Shown here: positions 1-6,285 of the stretch, one piece after another | Layout: each line of letters begins with the position of its first letter | Numbering within the stretch: the first letter of the stretch is position 1 | Virus record (IMG/VR): IMGVR_UViG_2713896834_000003 | Coordinates: 1-6,615 of that record | Reading direction: 5' to 3' (one strand) | DNA from: a virus | Taxonomy: Duplodnaviria; Heunggongvirae; Uroviricota; Caudoviricetes | DNA: 6,615 bases | Position numbers and translations under genes: made by a program | Notes under the pieces: model-generated | Told to the model about the DNA's origin: nothing | Database searches by the model: none | The model's input: the letters and a program-made list of their open reading frames with translations, nothing else

Positions 1-109
1 ATTATATCGAATGTGATTACAATCGGTGGCGGCGGCACAGTTGGTGTGGCGGCCTCAGTCCGGAACAATTTGAAAACAAGAACCTCGCTTAGGCCTGTGT
101 CCATATTAC

Positions 110-574
110 GTGGGTAGGATCACTAAAGGTGTGCAGCCGATTACAAATTTTGACGCCAACCGCTACCTCGGAAAATGGTATGAAATAGCTCGCCTCGAGA
201 ACCGGTTCGAACGTGGTCTGGAACAGGTCAGCGCTACTTATGGAAAACGGAACGACGGAGGGATTCGTGTACTTAACCGTGGATACGATCCAACGAAAAA
301 TAAATGGAGCGAGAGCGAAGGTAAAGCATACTTTACTGGAGATACTAAAACTGCAGCATTGAAGGTTTCGTTTTTTGGCCCCTTCTATGGTGGCTATAAT
401 GTAATCAAACTGGATGATGAGTATAAGTATGCTCTTGTCAGTGGTCCGAACAGAGAATACCTATGGATTCTGGCAAGGACCCCAACTATTCCAGATAAAG
501 TAAAAGCAGACTATGTGCGAACCGCTCAAAAGTTGGGATTCAATGTCAATGAATTATTATGGGTTAAACAATAA
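110..574 (+). CDS. blc: Blc-family bacterial lipocalin, apparently 5'-truncated (no signal peptide, no lipobox, no ATG start)
   Basis: The 154-codon frame carries lipocalin motifs as in enterobacterial Blc (NFDANRYLGKWYEIAR, EGKAYFTG, KVSFFGPFYGGYNVI, YLWILARTP). The frame is closed by TGA at 71-73; the first possible start is GTG at 110 with no convincing Shine-Dalgarno, and there is no ATG anywhere in the frame. Stop TAA at 572-574. Confidence 0.55.
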   Translation: MGRITKGVQPITNFDANRYLGKWYEIARLENRFERGLEQVSATYGKRNDGGIRVLNRGYDPTKNKWSESEGKAYFTGDTKTAALKVSFFGPFYGGYNVIKLDDEYKYALVSGPNREYLWILARTPTIPDKVKADYVRTAQKLGFNVNELLWVKQ

Positions 575-601
575 AATCCCTACCCGAAATAATACTTATT
601 A

Positions 602-629
602 GAAAAAAACCAGCCTTTGGGGAGGCTGG
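602..629 (-). terminator. Intrinsic terminator for minus-strand transcripts downstream of Q (tR'-like); the same hairpin lies just 3' of the convergent lipocalin ORF
   Basis: Perfect 7-bp GC-rich inverted repeat CCAGCCT (610-616) / AGGCTGG (623-629) with a 6-nt loop. On the plus strand it is preceded by a 7-A run (603-609), which is a U-tract immediately after the hairpin on the minus-strand RNA. Confidence 0.55.
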
Positions 630-688
630 CTAAATCAGGAAACAAGCTGTTATATGATAATAACTACGTTGTGATTCCAACATTTAAA

Positions 689-717
689 ATGTTAGACTAA
701 TGACAATCAGACAGCAA
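689..717 (-). promoter_or_regulatory. Candidate late promoter (pR'-like) immediately downstream of Q
   Basis: On the minus strand, TTGCTG (717..712), a 17-nt spacer, then TAACAT (694..689), located between the Q stop (730) and the hairpin terminator. Position is analogous to lambda pR'/tR'. Motif match only; the -10 is weak. Confidence 0.25.
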
Positions 718-729
718 CTTTTCCTTTAA

Positions 730-1107
730 TTATTTCGAACAATCAGCATCCATCTCCAATCGGAGATCCAACACCATCAGCATACCCTCCACTACGCCCT
801 CAGCTTTCTGAAGCATCCTGCCAACCCAACAATCAGATCGCCCATGCTTACGTGCAAGCGCCATAAAAGTCATGCCGCCGACATAATAGTCCACCAATAA
901 ATCATGCAAATCGCTGTTGTTCTTTTTCAGACGGGCCATGCACCCGCAAATGATCATCGCATCATCGTCACAACATTGCGGGCGAGATTTTACTTTTGAA
1001 GGAATTAATCCCTTAAAACCGGCGGCAATGGACGACCAAGTCACATCTTCATGATTATTAGCCGCCCACGCTCCCCAACGCTCAAGAACCATCTGAATAT
1101 CACGCAT
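730..1107 (-). CDS. quuD: Late-gene antitermination protein Q (phage 82 / DLP12 QuuD type)
   Basis: Translation from ATG at 1107 ([33 protein letters not shown]..., Cys-rich [16 protein letters not shown]) matches my recollection of 82-type Q / QuuD. GGAG lies 7 nt upstream of the ATG. The track's longer form begins at a TTG five codons upstream. Position after the nin genes fits. Confidence 0.8.
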   Translation of the reverse strand: MRDIQMVLERWGAWAANNHEDVTWSSIAAGFKGLIPSKVKSRPQCCDDDAMIICGCMARLKKNNSDLHDLLVDYYVGGMTFMALARKHGRSDCWVGRMLQKAEGVVEGMLMVLDLRLEMDADCSK

Positions 1108-1192
1108 CAACTTACTCCACAAAAATCAGACCAGAACGCCAATCACAAGCAAAAATCAACAAAACAGTATTAGTTGATTGTTATCTCTGACT

Positions 1193-1333
1193 TCATACTC
1201 CTGCTCCTGTCAGGGTTTTGGCGTAATTCTTCAGTATTCGGTAATCGGTCAAAACAGAACCGGGGAAACGATATAAGCGCAGATGCCCCCAGCGGTGGCG
1301 AAGAAGTTCTGCCATATAAAACTCAAACATCAT
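1193..1333 (-). CDS. ylcG: Small protein YlcG-like (46 aa), between rusA and Q
   Basis: Not in the ORF track (too short). Minus-strand ATG at 1333..1331 overlaps the rusA stop (ATGA). Translation [46 protein letters not shown], stop TGA at 1195..1193. Size and position match ylcG of DLP12-type prophages; sequence identity not verifiable from memory. Confidence 0.45.
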   Translation of the reverse strand: MMFEFYMAELLRHRWGHLRLYRFPGSVLTDYRILKNYAKTLTGAGV

Positions 1334-1692
1334 TCATTCCCCATTTCGGTGATGGTCAGTTCCAGCCTCCCACCTTTGGTAACAGGCATCTTCACAACGC
1401 GGTAATCAACGACCTGAGCATCATCCAGCCAGAAACCTGCTTTAGTGAGTGCGTCAAAAGCGGCTTTTTGCAGATTATCCAGGTCACGGCGACGGCGATC
1501 CGGCATGTGGCACTCAATGCGGATTTTCACAGGCATAGCCAGGCCGATATCCAGCATTGCGTTTTTAATGATTCGGGCGACGTTATCGCGGTATGCCTGC
1601 CCCTCTGCGCTGACGTGCGTGCGCCCGCGATTATGGCGGTAATAGCGATTATTGCTCGGAGGCCAGGGTAATGTGATGTTGTAGGTATTCAC
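1330..1692 (-). CDS. rusA: Holliday junction resolvase RusA
   Basis: Residues [119 protein letters not shown] match RusA essentially end to end. Probable GTG start at 1692..1690 overlapping the ybcO stop (GTGA); the track's longer N-terminal extension is rejected. Confidence 0.9.
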   Translation of the reverse strand: MNTYNITLPWPPSNNRYYRHNRGRTHVSAEGQAYRDNVARIIKNAMLDIGLAMPVKIRIECHMPDRRRRDLDNLQKAAFDALTKAGFWLDDAQVVDYRVVKMPVTKGGRLELTITEMGNE

Positions 1693-1979
1693 GCCTTGAT
1701 TACCCCCTCTTTCATCCAGATAACCTGCGTTCTCGCCATACCTTCCAGCGCGCATTCTTTTGCATATGCGGCATCGACAAAATGTGTGCGGCGGTCGATT
1801 TCGTCGTGGCAGGCAGAACATGCAATGGTGGCAATCAGGTCTGGCGGTTTGGTACCGGTGCCGCACAATCCAGTCAGCCGGATATGTGCCAGTACAGACG
1901 TTTCAGGGTTGCCATTACATACGCCAGGGGTTCTTACCTGGCATTCCCGACCACGCGCTGCTTTTCTCAAATCAGCCAT
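1689..1979 (-). CDS. ybcO: DUF1364-family phage protein (YbcO-like, Cys-rich, putative zinc-binding)
   Basis: Translation from ATG at 1979 ([34 protein letters not shown]...[11 protein letters not shown]...) matches DLP12 YbcO as I recall it. AGGAGG lies 4 nt upstream. Start overlaps the ninE 3' end. Confidence 0.8.
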   Translation of the reverse strand: MADLRKAARGRECQVRTPGVCNGNPETSVLAHIRLTGLCGTGTKPPDLIATIACSACHDEIDRRTHFVDAAYAKECALEGMARTQVIWMKEGVIKA

Positions 1980-2142
1980 GATTCCTCCTTGCTGCCAGTC
2001 GCAACCATTTTTTATCAACCAGGCTGGCGGTATATCCGAGCAGTGTTGGTATTTCGGATGGCTTCAGCTCAGGTTTACGCTTACGACGATTTGGTACTCT
2101 GTAGATGTGTCCGTTCATGACACGAATAAGCGGTGTAGCCAT
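1972..2142 (-). CDS. ninE: NinE-family protein (56 aa)
   Basis: Hand translation of the minus strand gives [59 protein letters not shown] at 2142..2140 overlaps the ybcN stop (TAATG). Matches DLP12 NinE in length and position. Not in the ORF track. Confidence 0.7.
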   Translation of the reverse strand: MATPLIRVMNGHIYRVPNRRKRKPELKPSEIPTLLGYTASLVDKKWLRLAARRNHG

Positions 2143-2597
2143 TACGCCTCCTGCTTGTCGCGCAGCAGCTGGAACTCGCAGCTCTGCGGAATAGTCAGGT
2201 GGCAGCCAATATTCATCGCCCAGGCTTCAACCTTACACAGGAAGACATACATCTCTCCGGCATCAAGATCGGAGGTATGGCGTAACGACTGGATAGTGGT
2301 GATTTCACCGGTTACGACATCAACCAGTTCTTTGGTTTCATAACCGAGGTATGTGTGTTTGAGAGCTTCTTTTACCCATGCTGCGGTAGCGAACGATTTC
2401 CCCCTGCTGATAAGGTATTCACTGATTTCGCTGTACCACATGTGGCTGAGTGCATTCTGGGAAAGACTGCGTTTCTCACGCCACGGTTTAAGCACCATGC
2501 GAAAGCATTTTCCGTCCTCCAGATAAGGCTGGATCTGCTGGCCGATAGCGGTGAAGTTGCCGCGATGTAATTTGATGCCATCTTGTGGTAGGTTCAC
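2142..2597 (-). CDS. ybcN: NinB/Orf-family recombination protein (YbcN-like)
   Basis: 151 aa containing the NinB-type RSLSQNA motif at the same relative position as RSLDQN in lambda NinB. GTG start at 2597 with GGAGGTG 3 nt upstream. First gene of the nin-type block. Confidence 0.8.
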   Translation of the reverse strand: MNLPQDGIKLHRGNFTAIGQQIQPYLEDGKCFRMVLKPWREKRSLSQNALSHMWYSEISEYLISRGKSFATAAWVKEALKHTYLGYETKELVDVVTGEITTIQSLRHTSDLDAGEMYVFLCKVEAWAMNIGCHLTIPQSCEFQLLRDKQEA

Positions 2598-2787
2598 GCT
2601 TCACCTCCGCAGAGGTCAAACGCAGGATGCAAAAAATCGCAGGTGCATTTCTGCATCTGTGAAGGGAGAAGAGAGTTTGGATTGTATGTGCGCATAAACG
2701 TCCCCGTTTAGCGCAGAAGTCACCGGAGTTGTTCAAGCTCCGATGACTTTATTATTACGAATTGATTTTACAAAATCAAAAGGTATG

Positions 2788-3240
2788 TTAGTGACGCGGG
2801 TCTGTTATTATGCGAGAAGGGTTTCCGTATAAAACAAGGACCTTACTTCCTTGAGTAAATAACGGATCTTTGCCTTGAACAATGGTCATTAAATTCCCAT
2901 TCTCAGTTTCGACAACATATTCCATGCCTGTTTGTTTTGTTGCTGAAGATTCGATTGCTGCCCCGGCAATACCACCAATGACTGCACCACCAACGGCACC
3001 AACGATATTAGAACGAACTCCCCCACCAAGCGCAGAACCAGCGGTTGCCCCCACGGCAGCCCCAGCAGTCCCGCCTAACGCGGAAGTCCCACTGATATCA
3101 ACCCCCCTGGCACTAATAACTGTACCAGCGATAGTTCGATTAACCATGCCCACAGAGCCAACAGAATAACTATTTGGCGATATATTTTGTGCGCATCCAA
3201 CCAACACTAAGAGTGGAGCAATTACGAATAATCGCTTCAT
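2788..3240 (-). CDS. Outer-membrane lipoprotein, SlyB/Pcp-like with glycine-zipper domain
   Basis: Signal peptide plus lipobox (MKRLFVIAPLLVLVG|C, Ala at +2), then a long Gly/Ala zipper (ALGGTAGAAVGATAGSALGGG...VGAVGGAVIGGIAGAAI), then a C-terminal segment (GMEYVVETENGNLMTIVQGKDPLFTQGSKVLVLYGNP) resembling the SlyB C-terminus. Start ATG overlaps the upstream gene's stop (ATGA). Confidence 0.7.
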   Translation of the reverse strand: MKRLFVIAPLLVLVGCAQNISPNSYSVGSVGMVNRTIAGTVISARGVDISGTSALGGTAGAAVGATAGSALGGGVRSNIVGAVGGAVIGGIAGAAIESSATKQTGMEYVVETENGNLMTIVQGKDPLFTQGSKVLVLYGNPSRIITDPRH

Positions 3241-3797
3241 TTAGCTACCCTAACAGGAAACATTGGACGAGAAAGATCAACACTTTCTAATGCTTGCAAG
3301 AACTGCGTTATGTTGTTTTGCACCGCGCGATTAACAGATTCGCGTGCTCGAACAATACCGTAGAATGCGTAACTGGCTGGAACAGTACCGGTAGACTCAA
3401 TATCCTGCGTATATATAATATCACCATTCGCACGGTTGATTATTTCATACCTTGCAATTGCTTTAGTTGTCATTGAAACACCAAAAGCAGGAACGTCAAG
3501 AGCCAACACTTTAACATTTAAGCTAACCGTATTTGGTGAACTATCACGAAAAATAGTCATTCGGTCGAGTGCTTCCTGCAAAGATTCACGCCAAATTGGA
3601 GTTATAGCCTCCATACCAGCAGTGATATCCCCTTTCTGCTCATCTGGACGAGCAAGTGATACCGTTAATGACTTAATTTCAGCATCTATTTTTTTCTGGC
3701 TAACTCCCACGTTAGGTGTTGAAAAATTCAATGGTGGCACACTAGCGCAACCTGTTAAAGAACCAATAATCATGGCTAATAATATTATCTTCTTCAT
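3237..3797 (-). CDS. Lipoprotein of unknown family (186 aa), first gene of the two-gene cargo operon
   Basis: Signal peptide plus canonical lipobox (MKKIILLAMIIGSLTG|C, Ala at +2, so predicted to be sorted to the outer membrane). AAGG-type SD 6 nt upstream of ATG 3797. Translationally coupled to the downstream SlyB-like gene. I do not recognise a family. Confidence 0.7.
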   Translation of the reverse strand: MKKIILLAMIIGSLTGCASVPPLNFSTPNVGVSQKKIDAEIKSLTVSLARPDEQKGDITAGMEAITPIWRESLQEALDRMTIFRDSSPNTVSLNVKVLALDVPAFGVSMTTKAIARYEIINRANGDIIYTQDIESTGTVPASYAFYGIVRARESVNRAVQNNITQFLQALESVDLSRPMFPVRVAK

Positions 3798-3959
3798 AAA
3801 TTTACCTTATTGTTATAACCAAAGGAATTATAAAGTAAAAAAGTTCACTATCACTAGCCATTAACGACATCAATTTCAGAGAAACATGGTACTCATTTCC
3901 ACAAATTTGACACAAGTCATTTTCATCTACATATTCCATCATACTTGATGCATATGTTA

Positions 3960-3988
3960 TTGAAGCCTCTATCCTATCCGTTCATAAT
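3960..3988 (+). promoter_or_regulatory. Candidate sigma70 promoter for the small membrane ORF
   Basis: TTGAAG (3960-3965), 17-nt spacer, CATAAT (3983-3988), in the AT-rich divergent intergenic region, about 65 nt upstream of ATG 4054. Motif match only. Confidence 0.3.
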
Positions 3989-4053
3989 AGCAATAGTTAC
4001 CCGGGTGATAGTACCTCTATGATTACTCGTCTTTCTGATTGATTGGATTAAAT

Positions 4054-4245
4054 ATGCGCGCCAAAATTTATCAACTTTCGTTATGGATATTTATTTCGTT
4101 TCTAGCGATCTATGCCTTTATTATCTATAAAGGTTCTTATATTGGAGTAGCATTGCATCAAATTGCTTGGATCATCATTATTGCCTCTGGCTTGATTGCT
4201 AGGCTAACTAAACCAAAGCAAAAACCAATTTCGTCCAATAATTAG
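4054..4245 (+). CDS. Small hydrophobic protein (63 aa), two predicted transmembrane helices and a basic C-terminal tail; function unknown
   Basis: Translation MRAKIYQLSLWIFISFLAIYAFIIYKGSYIGVALHQIAWIIIIASGLIARLTKPKQKPISSNN. Very AT-rich and divergent from the lipoprotein operon. Weak RBS. The track starts it at an upstream TTG (4039); ATG 4054 is preferred. Confidence 0.4.
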   Translation: MRAKIYQLSLWIFISFLAIYAFIIYKGSYIGVALHQIAWIIIIASGLIARLTKPKQKPISSNN

Positions 4246-4281
4246 ACATGTATTAAAAAATGATATTTTTATGTACATAGT

Positions 4282-4575
4282 CTATTGAAAATTGCCGCGA
4301 TAAAATGCCAACACCCGCTTCATCGCGGCACTCTGGCGACACTCCTTGAAAATCAGATTCGTGCTCACCTTTCCTTCCCGTTCTTCCCTGGTAGCGAACC
4401 GGTAATACACCGTTCGCCAGACCTTACCATCAATAACTAAGATTCCTGTCCGCGCCATTTTAGCCGCAGCCTGGTTTATGCTGGTTACTGTTGCGCCTGT
4501 TACCGCAGCAACGTCCTGCGCACAGAAGCTCTTATGCGTCCCCAGGTAATGAATAATTGCTTCTTTTCCCGTCAT
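4282..4575 (-). CDS. ren: Ren protein (Rex exclusion resistance), lambda-like
   Basis: 97 aa, MTGKEAIIHYLGTHKSFCAQDVAAVTGATVTSINQAAAKMARTG...WRTVYYRFATREEREGK..., matching lambda Ren as I recall it. ATG overlaps the P stop (ATGA). Confidence 0.9.
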   Translation of the reverse strand: MTGKEAIIHYLGTHKSFCAQDVAAVTGATVTSINQAAAKMARTGILVIDGKVWRTVYYRFATREEREGKVSTNLIFKECRQSAAMKRVLAFYRGNFQ

Positions 4576-5273
4576 ACACTGGCTCCTTTCAGTCCGAACT
4601 TAGCTTTGATTTCTGCAATCTTCGCCAGAGCCTGTGCACGATTTAGAGGTCTACCGCCCATGACAGGAAGTTGTTTTACTGGTTCAGGGATCGCCTCACC
4701 ACGGTTAATTCTCGCAGTCATATGGACAAGCTCATCTGCGGCCTTACGGCGTAATTCCGCATCAGTAAGCGCATTGGCCCGCATGTTCTGATACAGGTTG
4801 GTAACCAGCCAGTAGTGCGCGTTTGATTTCCACGGATAAGACTCCGCATCCGGATACAGGCCTCGCTTCCGGCAATACTCGTAAACCATATCAACCAGCT
4901 CGCTGACGTTTGGCAGTCCGGCGATAACGGATGCTTCTTCCCGGCACCATGCAACAAACTGCCCGGGTGATGGCAGGAATGGTCGATTCTGCCGACGGGC
5001 TACGCGCATTCCAGCGTTAACCTGTTCCATTGTGGTGATCCCGTTTTCCCGAAAAGCCAGCACCCACTGGCGGCGGATTTCGTTCAGTTCGTTCTGGTCC
5101 CGGTTAGCCAGGCTCGCTGGGAAAGTTGCCAGTAACTGGCTGAATACACCGTTGATTATCTGCGCTACCTGCTGTACCTGCGGCTTTTCGTCGTACTGTT
5201 CCGGCATGTTATTGGCGATCCGGCACATCTGCTCACGGTCAAAGTTAACCATCTGTGCGGCGATGTTTTTCAT
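4572..5273 (-). CDS. P: Replication protein P (DnaB helicase loader), lambda-type
   Basis: 233 aa, matching my recollection of lambda P along its whole length (MKNIAAQMVNFDREQM...AKFGLKGASV). ATG overlaps the O stop (ATGA). Confidence 0.95.
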   Translation of the reverse strand: MKNIAAQMVNFDREQMCRIANNMPEQYDEKPQVQQVAQIINGVFSQLLATFPASLANRDQNELNEIRRQWVLAFRENGITTMEQVNAGMRVARRQNRPFLPSPGQFVAWCREEASVIAGLPNVSELVDMVYEYCRKRGLYPDAESYPWKSNAHYWLVTNLYQNMRANALTDAELRRKAADELVHMTARINRGEAIPEPVKQLPVMGGRPLNRAQALAKIAEIKAKFGLKGASV

Positions 5274-6199
5274 AAATCCACCCCGTAAATCCAGTCAGTG
5301 TTCGTCAGGTCGAGTTTTGGTTTGCCGGCTGTCACGCCAGCCTGTTGCTTGTTTCGGTTGATTTCGAGCTGGGTCCACTTGTCGCGGAGTTTGGCCGGAC
5401 TCAGCACGTTACCGGACCAGAAGTTGTCCTGGCAGGCCCAGCGGAACAGTACACACATGTCGCGGTGGTTACGTCCATCACGTTCACGCATCAGACGGAT
5501 ATCGTTAGCCCACCCTGCAAAATTCGGTTTTCTGGCTGATGGCGCGATGGTCTTCACCATGTCAAACATCCACTCTGCGGCGGTCAGGTCTTCTGCTGTC
5601 CCCCACTTGCTGCCGTTCTGAATCGCAGCATCCGCTTTCACCACAGGAAGGTCGTTTTCTGGCAGGTCAGAGGATTCGCCAGAATTCTCGGACGAATAAG
5701 GTTTTATATTGTCTTTTGTTAGTTTGTCTTTTGTGTTTACCTGATTCGGGTAAGTGCCTTTACCTGATTTGGGTAAACTTTTCTTACCTGATTCAGGTAA
5801 ATTTACCTCTTTCAGGTAAACTTTATTTTTCTTACCTGATTCGGGTAATGTTGACCATTCACTGACCACATTATTAATGCCTATATTCCGCCCGCTCTGA
5901 ATAAAAATCCCACGCTTTACCAGAACACTTTTTGCAGCAGAACACTTGTGCGGCAATATCCCGGTCAACTCGGAAAGTTGCTCGTTGCTCACCCAATCCA
6001 GTTTTTTATTAAAGCCATATGTTTTGCGCATGACAGCCAGGAAGACCAGAAGCTGGTGCTGTGTTAATCCGGCCAGCATTACAGCTTCCAGCAACTCATT
6101 TGCAATGCGCGTATAACCATCATCGAGATCTGCCACGCGCGGCTCCTTTTGTGCCGCATCCGGCACTGGAAAATTGAATATCTCAGCAGTGTTTGCCAT
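5270..6199 (-). CDS. O: Replication initiator O (origin-binding), lambdoid
   Basis: From ATG 6199 (GGGAGG upstream) the N-terminus MANTAEIFNFP parallels lambda O MTNTAKILNFG. The C-terminal region (WANDIRLMRERDGRNHRDMCVLFRWACQDNFWSGNVLSPAKLRDKWTQLEINRNKQQAGVTAGKPKLDLTNTDWIYGVDL) closely matches my recollection of lambda O. The track's longer ORF begins at an in-frame ATG at 6289 (alternative start). Confidence 0.9.
   Translation of the reverse strand: MANTAEIFNFPVPDAAQKEPRVADLDDGYTRIANELLEAVMLAGLTQHQLLVFLAVMRKTYGFNKKLDWVSNEQLSELTGILPHKCSAAKSVLVKRGIFIQSGRNIGINNVVSEWSTLPESGKKNKVYLKEVNLPESGKKSLPKSGKGTYPNQVNTKDKLTKDNIKPYSSENSGESSDLPENDLPVVKADAAIQNGSKWGTAEDLTAAEWMFDMVKTIAPSARKPNFAGWANDIRLMRERDGRNHRDMCVLFRWACQDNFWSGNVLSPAKLRDKWTQLEINRNKQQAGVTAGKPKLDLTNTDWIYGVDL
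5690..5848 (-). other. Replication origin (ori) embedded in the O gene: iteron array plus adjacent AT-rich region
   Basis: Five iterons at 5737-5848 followed, in the direction of O transcription, by an AT-rich stretch (about 5690-5736). This is the same architecture as lambda ori inside O. Confidence 0.65.
5737..5848. repeat. Five 17-bp palindromic iterons (consensus TTACCTGATTCGGGTAA), putative O-binding sites
   Basis: Direct repeats at 5737-5753 (TTACCTGATTCGGGTAA), 5760-5776 (TTACCTGATTTGGGTAA), 5784-5800 (TTACCTGATTCAGGTAA, a perfect palindrome), 5803-5819 (TTACCTCTTTCAGGTAA) and 5832-5848 (TTACCTGATTCGGGTAA). Confidence 0.8.
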
Positions 6200-6285
6200 A
6201 ATTCCTCCCGCAATGAGTGTGTTACGATTTGCACCTGAAAGTCGGTTCTGTTCCAGCAGACCGGCTTTCGCCATTTCTGAACCTG

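Noticed and set aside
1-117. Frame-1 open stretch from the window edge to TAG at 115-117 (…NVITIGGGGTVGVAASVRNNLKTRTSLRPVSILRG), possibly the 3' end of an upstream plus-strand gene
   Set aside because: Too short and featureless to call; it may simply be the scrambled former 5' region of the lipocalin gene. Needs upstream sequence.
1122-1866. Longer N-terminal extensions given in the track for Q (TTG at 1122), rusA (start at 1866) and ybcO (start at 2018)
   Set aside because: The family-matching sequence begins at internal starts with better RBS or coupling context (1107, 1692, 1979); the extensions overlap upstream genes.
1174-2343. Long plus-strand ORFs (1174-1671, 1445-1642, 1696-2343, 1760-1981, 1782-2120) antisense to ylcG, rusA, ybcO and ninE
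   Set aside because: They overlap minus-strand genes with strong family matches and coupled starts, have no homology signal and odd Cys/Arg/Trp-rich composition; they look like antisense frames of real genes.
2355-2736. ORFs overlapping ybcN and the region upstream of it (2355-2570 +, 2372-2581 -, 2488-2736 -)
   Set aside because: Alternative frames of ybcN or read-through into intergenic sequence; ybcN has the NinB motif and a strong RBS.
2882-3169. Pro/Ala-rich plus-strand ORF (95 aa)
   Set aside because: It is the reverse-complement reading of the glycine-zipper (GGN/GCN-rich) segment of the SlyB-like gene, so it is a compositional artefact.
3294-3864. Plus-strand ORFs 3294-3476 and 3436-3864 antisense to the 186-aa lipoprotein gene
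   Set aside because: The minus-strand gene has a canonical signal peptide and lipobox and is coupled to its partner; the antisense frames have no start context.
4243-4284. AT-rich imperfect dyad between the convergent small ORF and ren as a bidirectional terminator
   Set aside because: The arms are almost entirely A/T and imperfect, so a stable terminator hairpin is unlikely; noted only as a possible weak element.
4534-5865. Alternative-frame and antisense ORFs inside ren, P and O (4534-4791, 4718-4957, 5032-5361, 5298-5621, 5345-5539, 5539-5865)
   Set aside because: They overlap the confidently identified P and O genes; the last spans the iteron region, where the repeats create the open frame.
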